In this document: positions 28,567 through 37,425 of the stretch, one piece after another
How the letters are laid out: every line of letters begins with the position of its first letter
Position numbering within the stretch: position 1 is the first letter of the stretch
From: a virus
Lineage: Duplodnaviria; Caudoviricetes
Direction: 5' to 3' (one strand)
Length of the DNA stretch: 64,000 bases
Virus record (IMG/VR): IMGVR_UViG_3300021400_000063
Notes under the pieces: generated by a model
The model's database searches: none
The model's input: the letters and a program-made list of their open reading frames with translations, nothing else
What the model was told of the DNA's origin: nothing
Program-made: the position numbers and the translations under genes

Positions 28567-30684
28567 TTAAGCCTCCTTAACACCATTACGGTTAGCTGTA
28601 ATAGTACAATTCCAAGAATCAAATACATCAGGGAATGTAACGGAAATATCACAAGAAGCTTGATTAAGAAGCTTATCACGATTAGACTGGTATAAGTTAT
28701 AATCGAGAATAATGTTGTTAGGATATCTATTTTGGAAAATAGATTTCAGTTCTTCACTTGCTTTCTCGATAGCAGCATCAGCACCATCAGAATCAAATGT
28801 GTATTTAACAAGAACAAGTTTAACAACACGGCGGATATCATTGATAAGTAATGAGTTTCTAAACTCAGCAAGTTTAGAAATTGATTCTTTATAACAGTTA
28901 GCATCTGAGAAGAAATAAACATTCTTTCCAGTATAATTACCAACGATTGTGTTAGAAAGAGCTTTACCAAGATCAGTAGCCCAATAAAGTTTATTAGCTT
29001 TAGCAAGTTTGATCTGATATCCCTTAGGAATAGTCTCTTCAACTACCCAGTCGAAAATTGTCTTACGAACGCATCCATAATCATGTTGAGCACCAGCAAT
29101 CTTAACGAAAGGATGACTAGCATAAATTGTATGAATGTCGTTTGAAAGTTCATATGTACCAGTTACGCGTACATTAATTCCACGATCTGCAGTAATACCA
29201 CAGTGAGGAATAATAGCAAAGTTTTCACTTGCTGCACTTGGAACGAGAGCAAGAAGCTGCTGAGCAACTGCACAAGCCTGTTCAAGATTATCAGTAAATC
29301 CAGTATCCCAAACTATACAGATATCACGACGATTCTGTACAATATTAGCCATAGCTGTTTTTACTTCAAGAGGATAATTTGCATCATAGATAATTCCAGC
29401 ATCACATTTGAGTACATTTGTGATTGTTGGTGTGTCAATTTCACACTTAAAGAATTTCTTAAGCATATCATTACGATATGTTTCGAGTTCATCACCAGAC
29501 ATAGATTCGATAGCTCCATCAGAACCACCATTCATGTAAACAGGTGTAGAAACATCAACACTTTCGCCATCAATAACGACGTTATCGTACTGATTACCAG
29601 ATTTATCATAACCATTGATGAAATCGAAATCTTCAACAGTTTCAGGAACTGTCATTCTGTTAAGATCAGCTTCGTCAATTCCATTAGTCATAACTGGTTC
29701 TTCATTAAGTAATCCTTTAAGATAACTTATGAGTTCGGCATAATTATCCTGATAATATTCAATCTGAATCTGTTTCTTATTCTTAGAATCGTCGAGATTC
29801 TGATAAACCTTCTGTAAACCTTCGATAACAGAGATTGTTTTAGAAACCTGAGCACTAGGGTTGAAAGAGAAGCTTAAATCATTACCAATACTAAGAGTAA
29901 GAGCTCCAGCTGAAGTTTTCTTCAAAAGGAATAATTCATAACGGCGTCCATCATTAACTACTTCATCACGAGCAAAGTCATTAATGAGACGGAAACCATA
30001 ATCATTACCACATTTACCACGTGCATAATAATACATAGTGAATAATGGGAAAATATTCCAATCAGAGTCACTAGTAATAATATGTTTTTCACCAGCAGCA
30101 ATTTTAGCACCATTTGCGTATTCTTTTACAGTTTCATCATACTGTTCAACAAGTAATTTGATTCTGTAACCAGAAGTTGTAGCATTTGTAACTACCTGAT
30201 TTTCACCATTTAAAGGCTCACCAGTATCAGGATCAACTCCTGTAGTAGGAACAGATGAAACAACAGTGATAGGAATTTTTTCACCAAGATCATCCTTAGC
30301 GAAATTTCCATACATATCACGCTTGTAAAGTGGAATATCTGATTCTTTCTTAATTGCTACCTTAAAAATAAGGTGAGCAAGTTTTGCATCTTCAGGAAGA
30401 AGACGACATAAATAAGCTGTTGCTCCAGCTTTCATTACGTTTTCAGCGATAAGGTTCTGAAGACCATATGCCTTTGAATCGGCGAAGTCTGAACCATATT
30501 TTTCAATAGCTTCGGCGTAACCACCAGTCATTTCACGAATAACATTATCTTCACCATCTGATGCAAAAATAGCATGTAATGAAGGTAAAATTGAGTGAGC
30601 TACCGGTGTGCTAGAAACACTGCCTATAGAGTTATCAATGACTTCAATACTGTTGATACCGAAGCCTGAATCTTCAATAACCAT
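28567..30684 (-). CDS. Contractile tail sheath protein
   Basis: RLLPEDAKLA, RGKCGNDY, MNGGSDG, DANYPLEVK and RRD motifs of phiKZ/AR9-type sheaths. Start MVIEDSG at 30684 with GGAGGA RBS. Confidence 0.85.
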   Translation of the reverse strand: MVIEDSGFGINSIEVIDNSIGSVSSTPVAHSILPSLHAIFASDGEDNVIREMTGGYAEAIEKYGSDFADSKAYGLQNLIAENVMKAGATAYLCRLLPEDAKLAHLIFKVAIKKESDIPLYKRDMYGNFAKDDLGEKIPITVVSSVPTTGVDPDTGEPLNGENQVVTNATTSGYRIKLLVEQYDETVKEYANGAKIAAGEKHIITSDSDWNIFPLFTMYYYARGKCGNDYGFRLINDFARDEVVNDGRRYELFLLKKTSAGALTLSIGNDLSFSFNPSAQVSKTISVIEGLQKVYQNLDDSKNKKQIQIEYYQDNYAELISYLKGLLNEEPVMTNGIDEADLNRMTVPETVEDFDFINGYDKSGNQYDNVVIDGESVDVSTPVYMNGGSDGAIESMSGDELETYRNDMLKKFFKCEIDTPTITNVLKCDAGIIYDANYPLEVKTAMANIVQNRRDICIVWDTGFTDNLEQACAVAQQLLALVPSAASENFAIIPHCGITADRGINVRVTGTYELSNDIHTIYASHPFVKIAGAQHDYGCVRKTIFDWVVEETIPKGYQIKLAKANKLYWATDLGKALSNTIVGNYTGKNVYFFSDANCYKESISKLAEFRNSLLINDIRRVVKLVLVKYTFDSDGADAAIEKASEELKSIFQNRYPNNIILDYNLYQSNRDKLLNQASCDISVTFPDVFDSWNCTITANRNGVKEA

Positions 30685-30784
30685 ACAATGTCCTCCGGAG
30701 GATAAAATAAAAAAAGTTGTAATATTACAAAACATTTGATGCTATAACTCACAATTATCGCACCAATGTAGTTTACATTGTAAA

Positions 30785-30798
30785 TATATTATAATGTT
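30785..30798 (-). promoter_or_regulatory. Late-type promoter of sheath-tube operon
   Basis: AACA TTATAA TATA. Confidence 0.7.
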
Positions 30799-30838
30799 GA
30801 AAAATACCAGTATTGTTCGTTTATTTTTAAATTATGTA

Positions 30839-30853
30839 TATATTATAATAATG
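30839..30853 (+). promoter_or_regulatory. Early-type promoter TATATT-N7-TG
   Basis: TATATTATAATAATG, identical copies at 35109, 35547 and 47614. Confidence 0.65.
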
Positions 30854-30900
30854 TAAATACAACAAATTTGTATAATTCATAATTATGGGGGTAAAAAATT

Positions 30901-31857
30901 ATGAAAACTAATAACAAAAATGTGATTTCAATGTTGATGGTAACATGTTTATTATTATGTATTTCGATGTTCGGAATATTAATATTAACAATGAATGTTA
31001 TTGATAGTGAAGTTGCGCCTATCAATCAAGTTGAATTCGAAGAGGAAAAAGTTCTTGAAAAAGAGGATATTAAATGGGATGTTTCATTTGATTATGAAAA
31101 ACTTTCTCATTATCTTCTATCTGATGAAATGTTGGAAGAAAATTTCTATTTAGATAATATTCCAGCTGAATATGGTGATGCATTCTTATACTATACGAAA
31201 GATAGAAAAGAAATGCGTCCATATTTCTTCTCACTAATGATGCATGAATCTAATGGATTCACAGCATTTAAACATAAAAATAAAGATGGTTCATATGATT
31301 ACGGTCCATCTCAATTAAATTCTAATAACATTAAAAATGAAAAATTTAGAAATTGGTATAATCCTAAAGATGAATCCCATATTACTAATAAATATTGTTT
31401 TTATATGGTTATGAGTATGAATTTTTATTGGGACCTAGTAAATAAATATGGATACGATTATGCTTTTTATGCTTATAATGGTGGAGAAAGAACTGTAAAA
31501 TTAATAAAAAATAAAAGCTCGCATTATGCGAGCCTTGTTAAAGCAGTTAAAACATATGATATAGCTGTAAGAAAACAAATGCAACTAGCAGAAATAAATC
31601 TTGAAAATTATGTAGTTCAAAAACGTGCAGAGCACATTAATGAACTACAATATAAAATAGCTAAAAGTATTCATAATATCCATTTAGCAGCACTAGAACG
31701 AGCTGATAAAAATGAATCAAATAATACAATTCTACAGGATACTAATGAGTTTGGAAATTACAACATCTTCTACATCAGAAGAGAAGATCTTCTTCAATTT
31801 GAGATTAAAGAAGGAGTTGTCATAGGTGAGACGATAATTGGCACTTTCAATATATAG
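30901..31857 (+). CDS. Membrane-anchored soluble lytic transglycosylase (SLT domain)
   Basis: N-terminal TM helix. HES catalytic Glu, NKDGSYDYGPSQLN and AYNGG motifs. Early-type promoter 30839-30853. Confidence 0.8.
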   Translation: MKTNNKNVISMLMVTCLLLCISMFGILILTMNVIDSEVAPINQVEFEEEKVLEKEDIKWDVSFDYEKLSHYLLSDEMLEENFYLDNIPAEYGDAFLYYTKDRKEMRPYFFSLMMHESNGFTAFKHKNKDGSYDYGPSQLNSNNIKNEKFRNWYNPKDESHITNKYCFYMVMSMNFYWDLVNKYGYDYAFYAYNGGERTVKLIKNKSSHYASLVKAVKTYDIAVRKQMQLAEINLENYVVQKRAEHINELQYKIAKSIHNIHLAALERADKNESNNTILQDTNEFGNYNIFYIRREDLLQFEIKEGVVIGETIIGTFNI

Positions 31858-32484
31858 TGTAGACAATTCTACGTTTCCTTCAGATTCCAATAAAGCTACA
31901 TCGATATAAGATTCTGCTATTAAACCATATTCTAATACATAACCCAAGTAGTCTGTGACTATTTGTGGTTTTGTATTATCATTTATAGGAGTATGGTTTA
32001 TTTTTTCTATATAGTATTTGAATGATAATTCATTCCAGTTAGGAATATCTTCAACAAAATCTCCATCGATTTTTTGAAGTCCTAATACATATTGAATAAA
32101 ATAATCACAAATATTCAAAACGAATATTTTATAAATACAATATAATTGATAAATGTTTCCTTCAGATAAGTTAATACCAAATGAATTTGAATAAATATTT
32201 GAGACTTCTGCACAAAATTCGTGTATTTTTTCTCTATCTTTTTCAGTTAATCTTTCATCGACATAAATTGTGCAGTCTTCCAGGTCCTCGTGATCTGGAA
32301 GTCTTAAATATTCTTTTACGAACATTTGAAAATAATCCGTATTATCAATACCAGGATTTATAGTAGCACATTGTTGACGTAAACCATCAATTATACCTTG
32401 ATATTGTGTTTCATTTAAATCTAAACTTTGATCTTCACCAAAGGTTGTGAAATCGTCTTCATATTCTTCATACATGTCTTCCAT
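31732..32484 (-). CDS. Hypothetical acidic protein co-transcribed with terminase
   Basis: AAGGAG RBS 10 nt after the terL stop. 250-aa ORF. Confidence 0.6.
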   Translation of the reverse strand: MEDMYEEYEDDFTTFGEDQSLDLNETQYQGIIDGLRQQCATINPGIDNTDYFQMFVKEYLRLPDHEDLEDCTIYVDERLTEKDREKIHEFCAEVSNIYSNSFGINLSEGNIYQLYCIYKIFVLNICDYFIQYVLGLQKIDGDFVEDIPNWNELSFKYYIEKINHTPINDNTKPQIVTDYLGYVLEYGLIAESYIDVALLESEGNVELSTLYIESANYRLTYDNSFFNLKLKKIFSSDVEDVVISKLISIL

Positions 32485-32494
32485 TTTTTTCTCC

Positions 32495-34669
32495 TTAGAA
32501 TTTGGATTTGAAAAAGTTATTATCTACTTTAAAGTTAAAAGTAAACATATTAACTGGATCTTCTGATGTATCACGTTGTTCTTCAGTTTTAGCTGCGATT
32601 TTATCTGGATCGTCTTTATCAAGATTTTCAGAATATTCATGATGGTCTTCCATATGATCTTCAGCAATAGTATCAACATCGATTTCATTACGATCGATTC
32701 TTGGTGAATCGTCATAAACATCAATAAATGATTCTCTATCATTCATCAACATTTCATCATTATTCTGATTTGATAAAGCTCCATCCATAGCAGCTTTTAA
32801 TTGTTGTCTAACAAAATCATTAGATTTATCACGTTGTTTATAACTTTCATTAAGGGTCATAGCAACTCCTTTATTACCCATTACATAATCATAAGCAGCT
32901 TGTTCACTACTTATATCGATTTTAGTAAGAGTTGAATTAAAGAATACAGAATCAATATATCTACCTTTTGTTTTACAGAACATAATGAACCATCTACAAT
33001 ATAGATAAGCAATCAATGTATCATCATGTCCACCAGACTGTTTATGGTCAATACGTCCATCTTTAGTAGTAATTAATCCTGCAATTTCATCAGTAATAGT
33101 ATGATCGTGAATCATGTGACCTTGTTCGATTACTGAAACACGCAACACATCACCATACATAATTTCACGCAAATGATGAACCATTGAAACGCCTAACTGT
33201 TCATCTTTATCTTTATAAATTCGAGTAGTTCCAATTAATTCAGCAATAGTTTCAAGAACTGGTACACCTACAAAGTTACGTTCTCCAACAAGTATAGATT
33301 TAGGGAACATATAAAGTAAAATATATGCTACAGCTCTTGCAAAACGATTAATAGAATATTGGTTAACTCGCATTGTAAATACTACTTCTGAGTTACAAAC
33401 ATCTACACCAACAAGTGTTGAATAGTCTCGTCTTGTATTTCCACCACAGTCCATACCAAATACAATATGTTGTGATTGAGATCTACAAAGAGTAGGATCG
33501 CGATAAAATTTAGTAACATAAATTTTATCAACCATAATAATTTTAAGAGGATCAATGGCCATCTCTTCAAGAGCTTGTACACGTTCTTGTCCTAATGGAT
33601 GATCCGCATTAGAATCTGACCAGATATTCAATACACCACGATTAAACTCATCGAGACCAGGCATAAGAGCTTTCATCTCATCGAGATAATTCATTGGTTT
33701 AGACAATTCATACCATTGATATTCTATTCTTAAGAATTGTTGTCCGGTATTATTGTTTTTAATATAATCTTTTACTTCATCTGTATTTACTCTTATAGGA
33801 TTACCATATTCATCAAAATCACACTTATCATAAAGTAATTCTGTAAAAGGTGCACAGTTTTGTAAGAATTCATAAGCCCAAGCACCAGTTTTAGATTTTT
33901 TATTACCAGCTGTTGTAGTAATAATAATATGATGATGTGAACCATTTCTTTCAGCAGCTTTAGCAACTGTAGAATAAGCAGGAATAGCAGCACCATATTG
34001 AACCCAAATATAAGGAATAAATGCGAACTCATCATACCACTGACCCATTGTAGAAGCACCGCGACCAACGTTATTGGCAGCGTCTTCATTCATACCAGGG
34101 GCACGGGTTATAACAGTGTTAGTGAAATCTCCAGCACGGTAAACAATACTGTGTTGATTATCAGTATCTGCATTGGATTTTAGATTTAAATAGCTAGGCA
34201 ACGATTCACGAATATCTTTAACACGAGTAAGATTCTGTGTTACAAGACCATCGTTCTGTGCAAAAAAAGCAGCTGTAAAGTTTTTAGCTCCCCAATAAAT
34301 TAACCAGGAATAAAAACAAGCTACAGTATAAGATTTATAACACTGACGAGGAATTACTACGTAACTATGTAAATTGTTTAAAAGAGACCAAAGTATAGCA
34401 AGAGTAGCTCGAGTTAATTCAAAATCGAGCTTACTATCAGTCATAGGGATTTTAACAATTTCACGGAAATAGTACCATGGATTTTTCTGAATCTCCAAAT
34501 GAACTCTTAATTTTTGTTCAGGAGTTAAATGATCTTCATCCAGAGGGTCTATATCGTGCAATGTTTCATCATACAATTGAAGAAAGAAAGTATTATTAGA
34601 AATACCCATATTCTTCAAAATATAATGCATTTTAAGAAAACTTTTATTAGTTGTATCTGAATGTATCAT
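32495..34669 (-). CDS. terL: Terminase large subunit
   Basis: NPWYYFRE, Walker A variant PRQCYKS, GRG...WYDEFAF Walker B, ITTT motif, RNase H-like GMDCGG...DYS and HDDTLIAYL. Confidence 0.92.
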   Translation of the reverse strand: MIHSDTTNKSFLKMHYILKNMGISNNTFFLQLYDETLHDIDPLDEDHLTPEQKLRVHLEIQKNPWYYFREIVKIPMTDSKLDFELTRATLAILWSLLNNLHSYVVIPRQCYKSYTVACFYSWLIYWGAKNFTAAFFAQNDGLVTQNLTRVKDIRESLPSYLNLKSNADTDNQHSIVYRAGDFTNTVITRAPGMNEDAANNVGRGASTMGQWYDEFAFIPYIWVQYGAAIPAYSTVAKAAERNGSHHHIIITTTAGNKKSKTGAWAYEFLQNCAPFTELLYDKCDFDEYGNPIRVNTDEVKDYIKNNNTGQQFLRIEYQWYELSKPMNYLDEMKALMPGLDEFNRGVLNIWSDSNADHPLGQERVQALEEMAIDPLKIIMVDKIYVTKFYRDPTLCRSQSQHIVFGMDCGGNTRRDYSTLVGVDVCNSEVVFTMRVNQYSINRFARAVAYILLYMFPKSILVGERNFVGVPVLETIAELIGTTRIYKDKDEQLGVSMVHHLREIMYGDVLRVSVIEQGHMIHDHTITDEIAGLITTKDGRIDHKQSGGHDDTLIAYLYCRWFIMFCKTKGRYIDSVFFNSTLTKIDISSEQAAYDYVMGNKGVAMTLNESYKQRDKSNDFVRQQLKAAMDGALSNQNNDEMLMNDRESFIDVYDDSPRIDRNEIDVDTIAEDHMEDHHEYSENLDKDDPDKIAAKTEEQRDTSEDPVNMFTFNFKVDNNFFKSKF

Positions 34670-34682
34670 ATATTTAAATGTG
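34669..34682 (-). promoter_or_regulatory. Late-type promoter abutting terL start codon
   Basis: CACA TTTAAA TAT-ATG with no SD upstream. Confidence 0.6.
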
Positions 34683-34695
34683 AAAAAATAAAAAA

Positions 34696-34722
34696 AGAAA
34701 GAAGGAACAAATCCTTCTTTCT
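34696..34722 (-). terminator. Intrinsic terminator
   Basis: AGAAAGAAGGA/TCCTTCTTTCT plus U tract on the minus strand. Confidence 0.75.
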
Positions 34723-34740
34723 ATAATTTCTCAACAAACT

Positions 34741-35055
34741 TTAATTTGTTGGCTGGGTTAAATCGGGCTGCTGTTGTAAGAGTTCTGCATCTCTTACAAA
34801 AGAATCGGCAACTGAACCCAGTGATTCCATAAATGTTTTAGGTCGCGAACAAACATCCAAACACCTATTTACTAAACTGTAATATTTTTCCATATCTTCG
34901 TGACAAATTTTTTCACTCATTTTATAAAATTCTGTATCTGAATTTTGTAATAATTGAGCGCAAAGTTCTGGACTCATCTGACCAGATGTAACAGCATCTA
35001 AATATGTTTTACGTATTTTTTCACGTTCATTTGAAATTGTTTCTAAAATACTCAT
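34741..35055 (-). CDS. Small early hypothetical protein
   Basis: AAAGGAG RBS, own early promoter (35109-35123) and terminator. Confidence 0.65.
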   Translation of the reverse strand: MSILETISNEREKIRKTYLDAVTSGQMSPELCAQLLQNSDTEFYKMSEKICHEDMEKYYSLVNRCLDVCSRPKTFMESLGSVADSFVRDAELLQQQPDLTQPTN

Positions 35056-35108
35056 AGTATTTCTCCTTTATAATAATTATAACATTAAGAATTCGTATGA
35101 ATTCTTTA

Positions 35109-35123
35109 CATTATTATAATATA
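35109..35123 (-). promoter_or_regulatory. Early-type promoter
   Basis: TATATTATAATAATG. Confidence 0.65.
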
Positions 35124-35129
35124 TAAAAT

Positions 35130-35160
35130 AAAATGAGAGGAAATGAATCCCTCTCATTTT
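35130..35160 (-). terminator. Intrinsic terminator
   Basis: AAAATGAGAGG/CCTCTCATTTT. Confidence 0.7.
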
Positions 35161-35179
35161 AAATTAAACTCTTATCCAA

Positions 35180-35536
35180 TCATTTGTTCATAAACTTTCT
35201 AAATATTGGATGAAACATAACAAATGTTAATGGCTTCATATTAAGTTTATTTTTTGCATTAACAAAATCTTCTTTATATAGATTTAGATATTTTAATAAT
35301 ACTAACGTTTTAACATCATTGTCTAAGAAAATATCTACTATAAATGAAGTTTTATTAAATATCAAATCTTTATTAGATTCTATAAAATTTCTAATTTTTT
35401 CACTAATTTCGGATTTTCGTTTTACCTCTAAATCGAAATCAAATACGAGTACATTATCATATTTTATCGATTTAAACGCTTGTAAAAATCTATTTCCGGA
35501 ATTATTTGTAATTAGTATTTTTAATTTATGATTCAT
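35180..35536 (-). CDS. Small early hypothetical protein
   Basis: GGAGG RBS, early promoter 35547-35561, terminator 35130-35160. Confidence 0.6.
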   Translation of the reverse strand: MNHKLKILITNNSGNRFLQAFKSIKYDNVLVFDFDLEVKRKSEISEKIRNFIESNKDLIFNKTSFIVDIFLDNDVKTLVLLKYLNLYKEDFVNAKNKLNMKPLTFVMFHPIFRKFMNK

Positions 35537-35546
35537 ATCTTACCTC

Positions 35547-35561
35547 CATTATTATAATATA
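35547..35561 (-). promoter_or_regulatory. Early-type promoter
   Basis: TATATTATAATAATG. Confidence 0.65.
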
Positions 35562-35563
35562 TA

Positions 35564-35594
35564 AAAAAAGAGGAAGATACACTTCCTCTTTTTT
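35564..35594 (-). terminator. Intrinsic terminator
   Basis: AAAAAAGAGGAAG/CTTCCTCTTTTTT. Confidence 0.75.
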
Positions 35595-35596
35595 AA

Positions 35597-36517
35597 TTAA
35601 ATCTTATTCATCCAAGATAAATAAGATTTTTCTTTATTATTCTTTTTCTTTTTAGATTCTGTTAATTTTTCATGTTTCTTATTATAATATTCTTTATTAT
35701 TATCTTTTATATGTCTTCTATAATATGGAGTATTATCTATTACTGATAAATTTTGTTTATTATATAAACTCCATTCACCAGGCTCATAATCATCAAAAGT
35801 ATTAGAAGCATAAATAACATTTTCATTTATAAATTTTTCACCAGATACAGTTCTTAAAAATTTATTTATTTCATAATTTGTTATAGAATCCGATTTCATA
35901 CTTTTACCAATTTCATATTCAGTATTAAATAAAGTAAATATTAAATCGGCAATTTGTTCAGAATATAAATCGTTAGAATTAAACGATTGAAAAGTATTTT
36001 TATTTTTAAGATTTAGTATATTATCAATAAAATATAAAAATTCTTTACAAGCTAATGCAGCTTTTTTATTAGAAAAAAGTGTAGTATTATTTTGAGATTT
36101 TATTCTTTGAAGATCATATAAATTAGCTATATAATACGATACTGTATGTATATGTTTTGTAACTTTATAGTCATCAACATCTGATAAATAAAAATCTCTG
36201 AATATTTTTCCCAAATATTCCTTAATAACTTTCATTAAGAAATATTCATTTGGAAATAATAAAATACTAATTACAGATTCTTGAAAATACATAGTCATTA
36301 ATATCAATGCACCATATAAAATGGTCATACATATTACAGTTGAATCTGCTACATTTTTACCATCTATACCGATGGTAACATTTGTAAACATTCCACAAAA
36401 TATTACAAATAATAAAAATGTAACAAACCGTAACCAGTTTTTAGCTTTTTTCATTCTTTTTGAAATTATACATCCTTCAAAGAATTTAATAAATAATACA
36501 ATTGATGAATTTTCCAT
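35597..36517 (-). CDS. Membrane protein (2 N-terminal TM helices)
   Basis: Hydrophobic FVTFLLFVIFCGMF and VICMTILYGALILMTMYF segments. GGAGG RBS. Confidence 0.6.
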   Translation of the reverse strand: MENSSIVLFIKFFEGCIISKRMKKAKNWLRFVTFLLFVIFCGMFTNVTIGIDGKNVADSTVICMTILYGALILMTMYFQESVISILLFPNEYFLMKVIKEYLGKIFRDFYLSDVDDYKVTKHIHTVSYYIANLYDLQRIKSQNNTTLFSNKKAALACKEFLYFIDNILNLKNKNTFQSFNSNDLYSEQIADLIFTLFNTEYEIGKSMKSDSITNYEINKFLRTVSGEKFINENVIYASNTFDDYEPGEWSLYNKQNLSVIDNTPYYRRHIKDNNKEYYNKKHEKLTESKKKKNNKEKSYLSWMNKI

Positions 36518-36545
36518 AAAAGTTTTAAACCTCCATAAATATAAA

Positions 36546-36572
36546 AAGAGACCCCTTAATAAAGGGTCTCTT
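36546..36572 (-). terminator. Intrinsic terminator
   Basis: AAGAGACCC/GGGTCTCTT. Confidence 0.7.
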
Positions 36573-36589
36573 AAATTCCAATAGTTAAA

Positions 36590-37090
36590 TTAATCGTTTG
36601 TAGAATTATTATCGTCATGGACTATATATTCTGAACTGGTTAATACAAGCGTTTCTTTTCCATATTTATGGTCATATGCTTTCTTTTCTAAAGGAGTCAT
36701 AGCACGTATTTTACCATCTAATGGTTTTTCAGATTCACATTTAACGACAATTCTATCCATCAAATCGTCATACTCTTTTTTCAAAGGTTTGAAGATATAT
36801 TTATACCCAACATAACTTAAACCTATAACACCACTAACTGTAAGAACGCCTTTAAGTTTTTGTAGCTTTCCAGATTTTTTCTTAGTAGTAGTTTCAGTTT
36901 TATTTATACTAGGTAATCTATTTGCAAATGGATTAATAGAATCGTTCCGTCGATAATCACCATCTTTGATTATCATACCAGACATTGTCCGTCCACTATT
37001 TTCAAAATCTCTTATCATACGATTAATCTTATCACATTCATTGTAAGCATCGTTGAAATTTTTATTCTCGTTCCACAAATCTAATGTCAT
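36590..37090 (-). CDS. Single-TM hypothetical protein
   Basis: GVLTVSGVIGLSYVGYKYIF hydrophobic segment flanked by Lys. Confidence 0.55.
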   Translation of the reverse strand: MTLDLWNENKNFNDAYNECDKINRMIRDFENSGRTMSGMIIKDGDYRRNDSINPFANRLPSINKTETTTKKKSGKLQKLKGVLTVSGVIGLSYVGYKYIFKPLKKEYDDLMDRIVVKCESEKPLDGKIRAMTPLEKKAYDHKYGKETLVLTSSEYIVHDDNNSTND

Positions 37091-37118
37091 AGTCTATGTT
37101 TCCGAATACGTTCTCTAA

Positions 37119-37292
37119 TTACTGACAACTCGAGTAAATGCTCGAGAAAGAGAAGTTACGTACTTTCAGATTATCCATTGATGATTGTGACGAGCTAGAT
37201 CCGGTAAATGTTATAGTCTCGATAGTTCTTCTTAATGGAACAATTTCGATTGTAAAACATTCGCGAATTTTAGCCAAGATCTTCTTCAACAT
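37119..37292 (-). CDS. Small early hypothetical protein (57 aa)
   Basis: AGGAGG RBS before MLKKILAK at 37292. Early-type promoter 37362-37376. Confidence 0.5.
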   Translation of the reverse strand: MLKKILAKIRECFTIEIVPLRRTIETITFTGSSSSQSSMDNLKVRNFSFSSIYSSCQ

Positions 37293-37425
37293 ATCCTTAC
37301 CTCCTATATTAAGATTACACTTTGGATAATCGAAAAGGATTTTTAAATCCTGCCAATCATTCAAATAAACAATATATAAAAGTAATTATTGTTTAACTCT
37401 CAAACTGAGAGAGTAAGAATACGTT

